Origin: Octopus bimaculoides
Lineage: Eukaryota
Assembly: GCF_001194135.2 (NCBI RefSeq)
Contig: NC_068983.1
Span: forward strand, 20,075,462 to 20,130,404
Reading direction: 5' to 3'
DNA length: 54,943 nt
This document shows, one piece after another, positions 38,063-51,000 of the stretch. The position numbers and the translations under genes were made by a program. Position 1 is the first letter of the stretch, and each line of letters opens with the position of its first letter. The notes under the pieces are model-generated. The model saw nothing but the letters and a program-made list of their open reading frames with translations. It was not told the origin of the DNA and did not search any database.

Positions 38063-38944
38063 NNNNNNNNNNNNNNNNNNNNNNNNNNNNNNNNNNNNNN
38101 NNNNNNNNNNNNNNNNNNNNNNNNNNNNNNNNNNNNNNNNNNNNNNNNNNNNNNNNNNNNNNNNNNNNNNNNNNNNNNNNNNNNNNNNNNNNNNNNNNNN
38201 NNNNNNNNNNNNNNNNNNNNNNNNNNNNNNNNNNNNNNNNNNNNNNNNNNNNNNNNNNNNNNNNNNNNNNNNNNNNNNNNNNNNNNNNNNNNNNNNNNNN
38301 NNNNNNNNNNNNNNNNNNNNNNNNNNNNNNNNNNNNNNNNNNNNNNNNNNNNNNNNNNNNNNNNNNNNNNNNNNNNNNNNNNNNNNNNNNNNNNNNNNNN
38401 NNNNNNNNNNNNNNNNNNNNNNNNNNNNNNNNNNNNNNTATATATATATATATATATATATTAGTTAAGAAATAGATTCAAATACAGCTGTTATTCAAAT
38501 CATTTATACTTCCAGCATATGTTTCGAATAATCCATTGAGATTATTCCGGAGGGAATGAAAATGATGTAAAACAATGCATTCATCTTGTCAGGGAAGAAA
38601 AGAAACAAAACACATCAATAAGCCATTTTAACCGAATGTAATTCCCACGTACGTAAATGTAGAATGTAGGGAGTTCGCTAGCAAGTTATTTTTTTTTAAA
38701 GCCGTTAATAGATTTAACATCAAAGGTAAATTAGAGAAAGAGAAGGAGGAGAAAGAAAGAAATTAACAGAAAATTAACAGTGGAAAAATTTAGTGTGAGA
38801 GATGAATGGAAATGAAGTTTAAAAGCGCGGAAATAGATATATATAGTGCAAATGAAATATAAGAAAAACAGTTAAAGATCGATATATATAGATTGGTAAA
38901 AATTACTTAAAGGAACTATAGGTATGTTTTTCCAATGCGTGCAA

Positions 38945-40145
38945 CGGTAAACACATTAGAACCAGAAATAATTTTACACTGATAAACAGAGTTTCTAGTC
39001 TTAGAATTACTGCTAAGGAAACGAATTCGATTTAAATTTCTACCAGAAACATTGATATTGTTGTTGTTATTGTTCAAAGAATGGTTAGCGTTAATAATAT
39101 AATTGTTATTATTTTCATTAAGGGGATTTGTATTTAATAATTTATAGTTATGTGAAGATATGATTTATGAAAGGTTTTTTAGTTTGAAAATCCTGTCCTT
39201 ATTGGGTGTGAATTCATAAGGGAATGGCATCTTGAATTTTTGGGAAAATTCTTGTCTATAGGTTCACGAAACTGATAAGTGTGGTTGTATTTGATATGCT
39301 TACCATATTGAATGATCATCCAAATTCTTTTACTAGAATCAATTATCTTTAAAAGTCCTAAACTTATTTTTATTACCTCCTTTACACTACAAAATTAAAT
39401 TATTCGATTTATTGTTGTTCCAACTAAAACTTTATATAAGTATTACCGTTAAGATGTGTTTTCTCGTCTTGATTAACAGAGGCAGAATTAATGTCAATAG
39501 GGTTAAGATACGTATATTTTTCTTTATAGACTGATTTAAATAAGGCAGAGTTATAAAATCCAGCTTTATCAGTAAAGATATCAACATTAGCAGATAGTCT
39601 AGAAAGACTAAGTGAAATATTTTTAACTAAGTTTCTTATTTCTTTACTGCCCTGAAGGGGCTACACACAGAGGGGACAAACAAGGACTGACAAAGGGATT
39701 AAGTCGATTTCATCGACCCCAGTGCGTAACTGGTACTGAATTTATCGACCCCAAAAGGATGAAAGGCAAAGTCGACCTCGGCGGAATTTGAACTCAGAAC
39801 GTAGCAGCAGACGAAATACCGCTAAGCATTTCGCCCGGCGTGCTAACGTTTCTGCCAGCTCGCTGCCTTTCTTTTCAAACTCAGTTTCTTGTTATAGTTT
39901 TCGGATGATTACTAAAAAAACTAATGTATTTTTAATTAGTTGTATAATTAATTAGTTATGATATGGGAAATATGAATCATTACATAAGTTAAGGGTAACG
40001 TCTAAAAAAATGGCTTTAGTTATATCATCATCGAAAATAATGATTAAGCCCATGTTTCTGAAAAAGAAAATAGCCCAAAATGGCTTCAAAAATTCTCCTG
40101 CGTTCAGTGCACTTAATGTAAGCTCAAATCTCGCGACTGTACAGC
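38945..40145 (-). mobile_element. Penelope-like element 3' half (RT C-terminus, linker, start of GIY-YIG), decayed, split by a SINE
   Basis: FFRNMGLIIIFDDDITKAIFLDVTLNLCNDSYFPY; KYISFFSNHPKTITRN|LVKNISLSLSRLSANVDIFTDKAGFYNSALFKSVYKEK; IWMIIQYGKHIK...IDKNFPKNSRCHSLMN; CFCRNL...KTRNSVYQCKII. These follow the PLE order FLDVT, SNHP, IWFNPPY, HFP, CxC, VYxCxI. Confidence 0.88.
39638..39870 (-). mobile_element. SINE family A, full length, tail type A, inserted in the Penelope relic
   Basis: Reverse complement of 42436-42660; flanked by 13-bp TSD aactaagtttctt (39625-39637) / aactcagtttctt (39878-39890). Confidence 0.95.
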
Positions 40146-40329
40146 CATTGACTGATTTGTTACTTGATGGCAACGGTGAAGCTAGCTGGCAACGCTGCTA
40201 ACATTCGCTACCTGAGGGATAATACGAAATCTTCGTGGGTGCAATAAATTGCTTATAATTACTGGTAATAACACAACGTTATAGAGATAAGTGGAGGAAT
40301 TAACACATTATTTTAGCGGAAATTTATTT

Positions 40330-40399
40330 TGCAAAAGTATAGCCTCCGCTAGGGTGCGTCCTATACACTCGTGTGTCTTATAGGCCATCAAATACGGTA
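40330..40399. mobile_element. pogo/Tigger-like terminal inverted repeat, orphan end
   Basis: gggtgcgtcctatacactcgtgtgtcttataggccatcaaatacggTA is the reverse of the TACCGTATTT..CTATAAGACGCAC terminus type. Confidence 0.5.
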
Positions 40400-41279
40400 C
40401 ATACATATATATACATATATGTATTAAAACAAAACACGCGGGTAAAGTAAATCTCGTGGTGTGAAGAATCAACACAACGTGCGGGTGAAGTGAAACAAAA
40501 CACAACGTGCGGTTGTCAAGGCAACAAGCTGTTAATGCCTCACTGTTTGTTGATTCGCTAAAGTTACCCAAATTTTTGAACTTTAATTCAAAATGACATA
40601 AGATTCTTTAATTTACGAGATAAAGTAATTGGTTGATCGTAATCAAAAGAGTTGCTTCCATACATCAAAATTGAAAACAATCTAAGCAATATTAAGGTGG
40701 GGTGGGGGAGATTTTGTAAATCAGTTTAACTAGATGCTATATATGTATATACGTATGTATGTATATATATTTATATATATATATATAATATATTATATAT
40801 ACATATACTTATATATCANNNNNNNNNNNNNNNNNNNNNNNNNNNNNNNNNNNNNNNNNNNNNNNNNNNNNNNNNNNNNNNNNNNNNNNNNNNNNNNNNN
40901 NNNNNNNNNNNNNNNNNNNNNNNNNNNNNNNNNNNNNNNNNNNNNNNNNNNNNNNNNNNNNNNNNNNNNNNNNNNNNNNNNNNNNNNNNNNNNNNNNNNN
41001 NNNNNNNNNNNNNNNNNNNNNNNNNNNNNNNNNNNNNNNNNNNNNNNNNNNNNNNNNNNNNNNNNNNNNNNNNNNNNNNNNNNNNNNNNNNNNNNNNNNN
41101 NNNNNNNNNNNNNNNNNNNNNNNNNNNNNNNNNNNNNNNNNNNNNNNNNNNNNNNNNNNNNNNNNNNNNNNNNNNNNNNNNNNNNNNNNNNNNNNNNNNN
41201 NNNNNNNNNACGTGCTAATGATTCTGCCAGATCACTTCTTTAATATGTACATATATTACGATGAGATTCCACACAGTTT

Positions 41280-41475
41280 CCTCCAACCAGTTTCACTCAG
41301 ATGGCATTGGTTTGTCCGGGGCTATAGTAGAAGATACCTTTCGAAGATACCTTTCGAAGATACCTTTCGAAGATACCTTTCGAAGATACCTTTCGAAGAT
41401 ATCTTTCGAAGATACCGCGCAATGGACTAAGCCTGAAGGGACGCTATTGTACAGTGAGCTTCTTACCACACAGTG
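41280..41475 (-). mobile_element. SINE family B head fragment with internal minisatellite expansion
   Basis: ...ggggctatagtagaagatacc[repeat]gcgcaatggact...cttcttaccacacag, colinear with 11195-11335. Confidence 0.75.
41330..41416. repeat. 13-bp minisatellite (gaagatacctttc) x6.7
   Basis: Counted directly; one unit variant gaagatatctttc. Confidence 0.97.
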
Positions 41476-42153
41476 ATGCGAACACGAGTGAGGGAAAGAT
41501 CACTACTAATTTGATAATCAGTTTACTACCATGGTTATTTTCTGTACACCTTATCCGATCTTTGTAAACTGTTTTAATATGAGTTAACAAGTTGCATTTC
41601 TGCAGAGAGGTTACACAATTATTGATGATGTCCCATCATTAGCGTGACTGATATTTTTTCTCGTCATAATGTTATAAAAATGCTTAGGTCTGTCGATAGT
41701 AACTATTTGATAGTAACTATTGATATAATCTACAGAAACATGCAGCATCGCTAATATCACTGTAAGCTACGATCGAAACATGCATATCTCCTGATACGCA
41801 TCAATAATTTACCTTCACTTCCCGAGTTAGATTCATATGTTACCGTACGACTGGTATGTATGGATAAAACCAAGTTTACTCCACCAGAGTATCATTGGTT
41901 TGTGTACGAGCTGAGGGTAATGACACTCAAATTTAAAGTATGGCATAATAAGCATCTGGGCTCAAATTCCCTTTGCTGATTATTTTGCAAAAGTAGAGAA
42001 AAAGAAGTATATTGTGACACTATAATCTGTATTATTATTTACAGAGATTCTTGGATCACATAAGTACTCACCTACAAGCCAAGATATCCGAAATGAGTGT
42101 ACGAAGTACTTCAGCAAGACACCAGTAAAATGGTTTCATTCTATATTCACATA

Positions 42154-42261
<108 letters not shown>

Positions 42262-42435
42262 TGCAGGTCAAATGAATACAGAGAAACGAAGTAACTGCCC
42301 TGGCAATCAACAATAATAAGTAATGGTGCACAATGTAGTCATTCTGAGATGCAGCAGGATTAGAAAATCCTGCTCGAAATAAACGAACATAGAAATCACG
42401 AACCATCAAATGAGAATATTATCTCTGAATGATAG

Positions 42436-42862
42436 GCGGCGAGCTGGCAGAAACGTTAGCACGCCGGGCGAAATGCTTAGCGGTATTTCGCCTGTCTTTA
42501 TGTTCTGAGTTCAAATTCCGCCGGGGTCGACTTTGCCTTTCATCCTTTCGGGGTCGATAAATTAAGTACCAGTTGTGCACTGGGGTTGATGTAATCGACT
42601 TAATCCCTTTGTCTGTCCTTGTTTGTCCCCTCTATGTTTAGCCCCTTGTGGGCAATAAAGAAATAAGAAACGTTAGCGCGCCGGGCGAAATGCCTTGTGG
42701 TATTTCGTCTGCCGCTACGTTCTGAGTTCAAATTCCGCCGAGGTCGACTTTGCCTTTCATCCTTTCGGGGTCGATAAATTAAGTACCAGTTGCGTACTGG
42801 GTCGATCTTATCGACTGGCCCCCTCCCAAAAAATTTCGGGCCTTGTCCCTAGAGTAGAAAAG
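42436..42862 (+). mobile_element. Tandem dimer of SINE family A (monomer 1 tail A, monomer 2 tail B)
   Basis: Both monomers share gaaacgttagc.cgccgggcgaaatgc...ttctgagttcaaattccgccg.ggtcgactttgcctttcatcctttcggggtcgataaattaagtaccagttg and diverge after atcgact. Confidence 0.95.
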
Positions 42863-43004
42863 ATTTTCTCTCAATGACGTGTAGAATGCTCTTTCCCCAC
42901 TACAACTGTCACCTTGTCTATAAATGTATGTGTATGTGTATGACTGTGCGTGCGAGTTTGTGACAATCTGTATGTGTGTGTATGTGTCCCCTCTCTTTCT
43001 TTTC

Positions 43005-43390
43005 CTTGCTTCAGTCATTGGACTACGGCCATACTGAAGTACCAACTCGAAGGTTTTAACCAATTAAGTGAACCCTAGAACACATTTGCTTATCCTGGCA
43101 CATATTCTTTCAGTCTTTGTTTCAGAACCGCTGAGTTAAGGGTCCTTAAACAAACTGATACTGGTTTTCGAGCGATGTGGGGACACTAACACAAACACAC
43201 TCAGGCAAACATATAAATATACACAACACTCACATATATACGACAGGCTTCTATACAGTTTCCTTCTACCAAGTCCACTCACAAGACAAATGATGGTACA
43301 GGGTTGTACTAGAAGAAAGACGCCTAGTGTTCCAGACCCTGAGATTGAACCCGAAACTATACAATTTCAAGGAGAAATTATAGAACCATC
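43005..43390 (-). mobile_element. Composite SINE family B, degenerate
   Basis: 3' module 43005-43190, (CA)-rich linker, head 43240-43390; same order as 10770-11335. Confidence 0.8.
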
Positions 43391-43884
43391 ACTACACACA
43401 CACAAACATATATTGTGTTGGGTATATGTGTACGTATATGCGTATGTGTATGTGTGTGTGTGAATGTACTTGAGTGAATGCGTATATATGCGTGCATGGG
43501 TGATTCGATTTCATTGTTTAAGATATTTACGACATTTGTTGGACCGCTTTCGTCTTGGAAAGTTTGATGGATGGATAGGAGACCAAAATTACATTACATC
43601 TCTCACCTTCGAAAGCGATGTTTACTTAAATCCGGGTTTTACCTATTGTGTATACATACATACGTACATGCATACATACATACATACATACACATATATA
43701 TGTTTGTATGCATGCATGTATACACACATACACATATACACACACACACACACACGCACATATATATACATTTATAAACATAAACAAATATAAGATATAT
43801 AGGCATATACAGATACATTTTTATATGTGTATGTTTGTATACGTGTGTGAGTAGATATATGTACGTATCTATGTATGCATTGTA

Positions 43885-43887
43885 TAT

Positions 43888-43970
<83 letters not shown>
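43885..43970. repeat. (TA)n microsatellite
   Basis: Direct reading; (TA)n also at 1-40, 3395-3445 and flanking many N-gaps. Confidence 0.97.
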
Positions 43971-43971
<1 letters not shown>

Positions 43972-44588
43972 GCACACACACATGCATATTTACAAATATC
44001 TATATATAAATATATATATACATATATGCACATATATGTATGAATATGTGTGTATATATATACATGTATGTGCGGATGTATGTATGTATGTATGTATATA
44101 TCTATGAATGTACGCATGCATGTGTGTATGTATAAATCGCTTAGTTTTCTTTGTTGTTAATAATGTGGGTTGTTTTATTATTTAGTCTACATTTTTCATC
44201 CATTTTCGTAGATGTTTTTTCCCCTTCTCTATTCACGTTGTATTTATGGTGGTATTACTAATAGTGTTGGCGTTGGTGCCGGGGAATGATAGTAGTGGGG
44301 GTGATGTTGGAGCGTGTGTTTGTAGAACTGTTGATTATCGATATTTTTGTTTTGTTTGTTTGATTTTTACTTGTGTTCCCTTCGTGGTCGTTGCCAACAT
44401 CGTCGCTATATTTATTCTTGTTATTGTTAATGCTTGTCAATTTCCATTACGCGTTTATTTGAAAGGAAACCAACCAACTAAATATACATACGTACATATA
44501 CATTCATACACGCGTGCGTACACACACACACACATGCATACAGATATATATGCGTGTGTGTGTGCTTGTGTTTATGTATATATATATA

Positions 44589-44619
<31 letters not shown>

Positions 44620-45406
44620 NNNNNNNNNNNNNNNNNNNNNNNNNNNNNNNNNNNNNNNNNNNNNNNNNNNNNNNNNNNNNNNNNNNNNNNNNNNNNNNNN
44701 NNNNNNNNNNNNNNNNNNNNNNNNNNNNNNNNNNNNNNNNNNNNNNNNNNNNNNNNNNNNNNNNNNNNNNNNNNNNNNNNNNNNNNNNNNNNNNNNNNNN
44801 NNNNNNNNNNNNNNNNNNNNNNNNNNNNNNNNNNNNNNNNNNNNNNNNNNNNNNNNNNNNNNNNNNNNNNNNNNNNNNNNNNNNNNNNNNNNNNNNNNNN
44901 NNNNNNNNNNNNNNNNNNNNNNNNNNNNNNNNNNNNNNNNNNNNNNNNNNNNNNNNNNNNNTATATATATATATATATATATGCATTACTCACAAACATT
45001 CATGCCTACATAGATACATACTTTTACCTACCTATATATATATGAATTCGTACATACATACATACGTACGTAGTACATATATGCATACATACGTTCACAC
45101 ATACATGTATACATACATGCATACATATGTGCGTACATAAATACGTAAGAGAACATTTTTTTTCACTCACTACTCATTATATAGCTGCTATTACTTTGTA
45201 ACTTACTTATGTATCCATTTTTTTTTTCACAATCCTTTTTGTAAAAAGCTCTATTGAATGTTTGTGATTTCTTATAATTCTTCTAGTTCGTTTCTTTTTC
45301 TCTCATGATTGTGAACACAATCATTTATGTGCGTTTGTGCGTTGTTATTTTCGTATTTTCTTCATTGTCTAATTGTATGTTGGTATATATGTGTGTGTGA
45401 GTGAGA

Positions 45407-45446
<40 letters not shown>

Positions 45447-46679
45447 GAGAGAGAGAGATAGAGAGAGAGAGAAAGAGAAATGGAGAAAGAATTAGAGAAA
45501 AAGACAGTGTGGGAGAAGTAGTTTTGTGCGTGCATATGTGTGTGTTGGAGATGTATGAGCACGTCTTTTTCACGTGAGTGAATTTGATTTTCTTTTTAGG
45601 CGTTTATTTTTTATTTCCCTCCTTTTTCCGTCAACAAGATATCACTACGTTACATTTTCTAAGCATCAACCCTAACATTTAGATGTAAACATACATATAA
45701 CTCATACAGAAAACAAAAATCAGAACAAAAAAAATACAAAGGGAAAATACGGAAGGACAGAAGATGGTATCGAAGACGAGGAAAACTGGAAGAAGCAGAA
45801 GAAAAATAGATGACGATAAGAAAAGAGATAATTAAGATTGCTCTAATAGAGATTATGGTGATTAAAATGGTGATGATGACCATGATGATGAGAAGGAGCA
45901 GGAGGAGGAAGAGGAGGAGGACAACGATGACAAGACGATGACGACAGCAGTGAGGACGAAGTTAATGATGACAGCAATGATGATGATGGTGATGATGATG
46001 ATGATAATGATGATGGTGTTGGTGGTGGTGGTGGTGGTGGTGGTGGTGGTGATGGTGATGATGATGATGATGATGATGATGAAGAGGGGAGAAAGAGGAT
46101 AATGAAGGGGAGGAAGAGGAAGGGGAGGAAGAGGAGGGGAGGAAGAGGNNNNNNNNNNNNNNNNNNNNNNNNNNNNNNNNNNNNNNNNNNNNNNNNNNNN
46201 NNNNNNNNNNNNNNNNNNNNNNNNNNNNNNNNNNNNNNNNNNNNNNNNNNNNNNNNNNNNNNNNNNNNNNNNNNNNNNNNNNNNNNNNNNNNNNNNNNNN
46301 NNNNNNNNNNNNNNNNNNNNNNNNNNNNNNNNNNNNNNNNNNNNNNNNNNNNNNNNNNNNNNNNNNNNNNNNNNNNNNNNNNNNNNNNNNNNNNNNNNNN
46401 NNNNNNNNNNNNNNNNNNNNNNNNNNNNNNNNNNNNNNNNNNNNNNNNNNNNNNNNNNNNNNNNNNNNNNNNNNNNNNNNNNNNNNNNNNNNNNNNNNNN
46501 NNNNNNNNNNNNNNNNNNNNNNNNNNNNNNNNNNNNNNNNNNNNNNNNNNNNNNNNNNNNNNNTTTTAAAATGAAAAGGATGTACAAATCTTTTTGAAGC
46601 ACATCAACAACAATAGTAACTTTGTCGAGAGAAGCAGCATAATAATTTTCAATATAATCACCATTACTGTATTTTACCC

Positions 46680-46890
46680 GTCGCTACATTCCGAGTTCAA
46701 ATCCCGCTGTGCAATTATCGCCTTCATCTTCACGTTCTGAGTTCAAATTCCAGTGGGTTGAGGTCGACTTTGTCTTTCATTCTGTCAAATTCTAAAAAAT
46801 AAGTAGCAGTTCAGAACTATAGCCAATGTAGTCGACATATTCCTCTCCCGAACTTGCTATAACCATGTAGCAAAATTTGGAACCAATACA
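46680..46890 (+). mobile_element. SINE family A, degenerate, with duplicated B-box segment
   Basis: ttccgagttcaaatccc and ttctgagttcaaattcc occur ~50 bp apart, followed by gaggtcgactttgtctttcat and tail aaaatttggaacc. Confidence 0.7.
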
Positions 46891-47986
46891 TATATAAGTC
46901 ACTTCAGTGTCATGGTTTAAAGATAGATGTGTGAAAGGACGACTGGATTGCCAATGCTGTGGCCGTGGACGGCTGGATGGCAAAAATCAATTCAAGTGTC
47001 TACGTATTATGAGCGTGACTGTTATCTATTCAACTATACATCAATTACAATTTTAAAAAAACACAAAAACATTCTAACGGACGATACAACCAAGTAAGTA
47101 CAATCCACAACCATCAAAATTCCCTTCATTATATCTCAAACACATATTAATCGAAACCCGTTTATGTCCAAGAGTGTCCCTCGTCAGCACAACATACAAC
47201 AATAAGATAGTTGTATGTATATATATATATATATATATATATNNNNNNNNNNNNNNNNNNNNNNNNNNNNNNNNNNNNNNNNNNNNNNNNNNNNNNNNNN
47301 NNNNNNNNNNNNNNNNNNNNNNNNNNNNNNNNNNNNNNNNNNNNNNNNNNNNNNNNNNNNNNNNNNNNNNNNNNNNNNNNNNNNNNNNNNNNNNNNNNNN
47401 NNNNNNNNNNNNNNNNNNNNNNNNNNNNNNNNNNNNNNNNNNNNNNNNNNNNNNNNNNNNNNNNNNNNNNNNNNNNNNNNNNNNNNNNNNNNNNNNNNNN
47501 NNNNNNNNNNNNNNNNNNNNNNNNNNNNNNNNNNNNNNNNNNNNNNNNNNNNNNNNNNNNNNNNNNNNNNNNNNNNNNNNNNNNNNNNNNNNNNNNNNNN
47601 NNNNNNNNNNNNNNNNNNNNNNNNNNNNNNNNNNNNNNNNNNNNNNNNNNNNNNNNNNNNNNNNNNNNNNNNNNNNNNNNNNNNNNNNNNNNNNNNNNNN
47701 NNNNNNNNNNNNNNNNNNNNNNNNNNNNNNNNNNNNNNNNNNNNNNNNNNNNNNNNNNNNNNNNNNNNNNNNNNNNNNNNNNNNNNNNNNNNNNNNNNNN
47801 NNNNNNNNNNNNNNNNNNNNNNNNNNNNNNNNNNNNNNNNNNNNNNNNNNNNNNNNNNNNNNNNNNNNNNNNNNNNNNNNNNNNNNNNNNNNNNNNNNNN
47901 NNNNNNNNNNNNNNNNNNNNNNNNNNNNNNNNNNNNNNNNNNNNNNNNNNNNNNNNNNNNNNNNNNNNNNNNNNNNNNNNNNNNNN

Positions 47987-48036
<50 letters not shown>

Positions 48037-48912
48037 TATGTATATATATAATTAAGCATCTAAGTCTTCTCCTATGTATAGCTGTTTAAATGAACTAATA
48101 ATAATCTATATCTATTGTTTTCTCGGAGGGATAATTCTGTAGTAGTTATGAATAGAAACCTAATAAAAATGTTCCTTGTTTACTTAATTTATCGTATGGG
48201 CAATTCCGTAATAGGCATTAATATAAATTTAAGGCTGTAAATATGATAACCAAAGTACCCCATAGATATATATTTAGGCTATAGTAATGGAAATCAAATT
48301 TACTAATTTTTTAGGGGTAACCAGGTTTGAAGTTATGTAATCAGGTATGATTTTTATTCGTATATTATGGAAACGAGAATTTAGTGAATCGATAGAAATC
48401 GTTAATATAAACCAAACAAGTATTAAGGACCGTTCTCAAGGAACTAATCAATATTATTATTTACAAAATGAAGGACCATACATAGTGCGTATCCAAACTC
48501 TATCATTACTTTCATAAGTAACAAATAACATTGATGTAATAAGAATGCAATTCATAAACTATACTATACTATACTAATTATTATTTTGGTTATTAAATTT
48601 ATTTAGTAAGTCATACGAAATTATTTATTATTATTATCATTATTATTATTATAATTATCATCAATTAATTGATAAATTAATTAAATGTATTTATAAATCC
48701 ATTCATTTAGTATAATGAAAACATCTTATTTGTGATATGTAATTAATACTAAATACTAATATAATGATAAATTTAACAGTAACTACAAGAATATGCACAA
48801 AAATAAAGCAATTCAGAATTGGTCAACTAATAATCAATTTCGAAATTAAGTTATGTAGATTGAGATGACAAAACTCAAATGCATACATATCTACACACAC
48901 ATATATACATAC

Positions 48913-48949
<37 letters not shown>

Positions 48950-48955
<6 letters not shown>

Positions 48956-49300
48956 CTCCTCTAAACACAGGTTACATCTAATATCATTAATTTTATACGA
49001 TGAAGCATGACTAAGTATGTTCCAATTTATTTTGTATGATTTCATACTATCCTTCAATTCCCAAATTAGTTTACTTAGACTAGTACTGTCAAACTTAACT
49101 CTCTTCCTAAAGGTGTATTCATGTTTTGCTATGCGTTTTTTAATAAAGTTATCCGTAGGCCCTATGTAAAATAAATTCTTCGTTCCCAATCCACCCTACA
49201 GCTATATGCAAGTTTGTTCTTTAAACAAAAATGTTTAAATAAACATTTATCCTTATATCTACAATCACAGATTCTAGCTAGATCATTATCTGTAATTTTT
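48950..49300 (-). mobile_element. Penelope-like GIY-YIG endonuclease fragment
   Basis: CDCRYKDKCLFKHFCLKNKLAYSCRVD (frameshift) NLFYIGPTDNFIKKRIAKHEYTF...STSLSKLIWELK...YKINWNIL..ASSY....RCNLCLEE, the PLE endonuclease signature ending CxLCxxE. Confidence 0.92.
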
Positions 49301-49454
49301 TTTTTTTTAATATTTTATTATAAACATGCATCCAGCAATAGCAGCAGCAGCAGCAGCAGCAGCAACAGCAACAGTAGCAACAACAGCAGCAACAGTATTG
49401 ACAGCAGCAATAGTAAGTACTACAATCATTCAATAATAACGATTATTACCTTCG

Positions 49455-49748
49455 AGCTTACGATCGTGAGGTGGTGTGTTCGAATCCCGGACCGGGTTGC
49501 GTGTCGTGTTCTTGAGCAAGACACTTTATTTCACGTTGCTCCAGTTCACTCAGCTGTAGAAATGAGTTGCGACGTCACTGGTGCCAAGCTGTATCGGCCT
49601 TTGCATTTCCCTTGGATAACACTGGGGGCGTGGAGAGGAGAGGCTGGTATGCATGGGCAACTGCTGGTCTTCCACAAACAACCTTGCCCGGACTTGTGCC
49701 TGGGAGGGTAACTTCCTAGGTGCGATCCCATGGTCAGTCATGACCAAA
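49455..49748 (+). mobile_element. tRNA-derived SINE family D with CORE-like central domain
   Basis: B box gtgttcgaatccc, then gtgttcttgagcaagacactttatttcacgttgctccagttcactcagctgtagaaatgagt. Confidence 0.85.
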
Positions 49749-49872
49749 GAGTGTCTCAGCATTGGTTCCCAAGACTTTAGGAGTGAAACCAAACGAAAAA
49801 GAATCAAAAGTGCTGTAATGATAAATTTTAGGTTGACCAGTTTAGTGCTTTACTACTACTACTACTTCTACT

Positions 49873-49920
<48 letters not shown>

Positions 49921-49938
49921 ATAATAATAATAATAATA

Positions 49939-49969
<31 letters not shown>

Positions 49970-50110
49970 TGCTGTTGCTACTGCCGCTGACTCTGCAGCT
50001 GCACCTCCTCCTACTACTATTGCCGTTTCTACTAATACTACCACCACCATTACTTCTACTACCCCCATGCCTACCCCTACTGCTACTACTACAAGCACTA
50101 CCACCATGTT

Positions 50111-50173
<63 letters not shown>

Positions 50174-50492
50174 CATTATAGGCATTATAACGGTGATGTG
50201 TTCAAATTGCTCTGAAGTCACATTTGCCTTTCATTCTTTCGAGGACATTAAAACAAATACAGCTAATAACGTTCAATAATATTGGCCTTGTGCCAACATC
50301 AAAAACCATTATCAAGGTAGGAGACAGGTAGAATAACTTATTTCTGAATGGCTCTTCACGCTAGTAGTTGAAATAGCACCGATTACATTGTTTTTCATGT
50401 GTTCTGCGTAAAACAATATGCTCTTTGTAATTCTGCTGATGTAATTAACTTCCCTCCATCAAAACTGTTGGCCTTGTGCCTAAATCATCTGA

Positions 50493-50579
<87 letters not shown>

Positions 50580-50619
50580 AAGAAGAAGAAGAAGAAGAAG
50601 AAGAAGAAGAAGAAGAAGA

Positions 50620-50967
<348 letters not shown>

Positions 50968-51000
50968 AGAAGAAGAAGAAGAAGAAGAAGAAGAAGAAGA

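Noticed and set aside
43021-43045. 5S rRNA-like start gactacggccatac
   Set aside because: It is a mutated gactgcggccatgc from the family B 3' module; there is no further 5S similarity.
48100-48560. Possible very degenerate plus-strand PLE RT (MITKVP, IMETRI, YPNSIITF)
   Set aside because: Motif resemblance is too weak and stop-riddled to call without a profile search.
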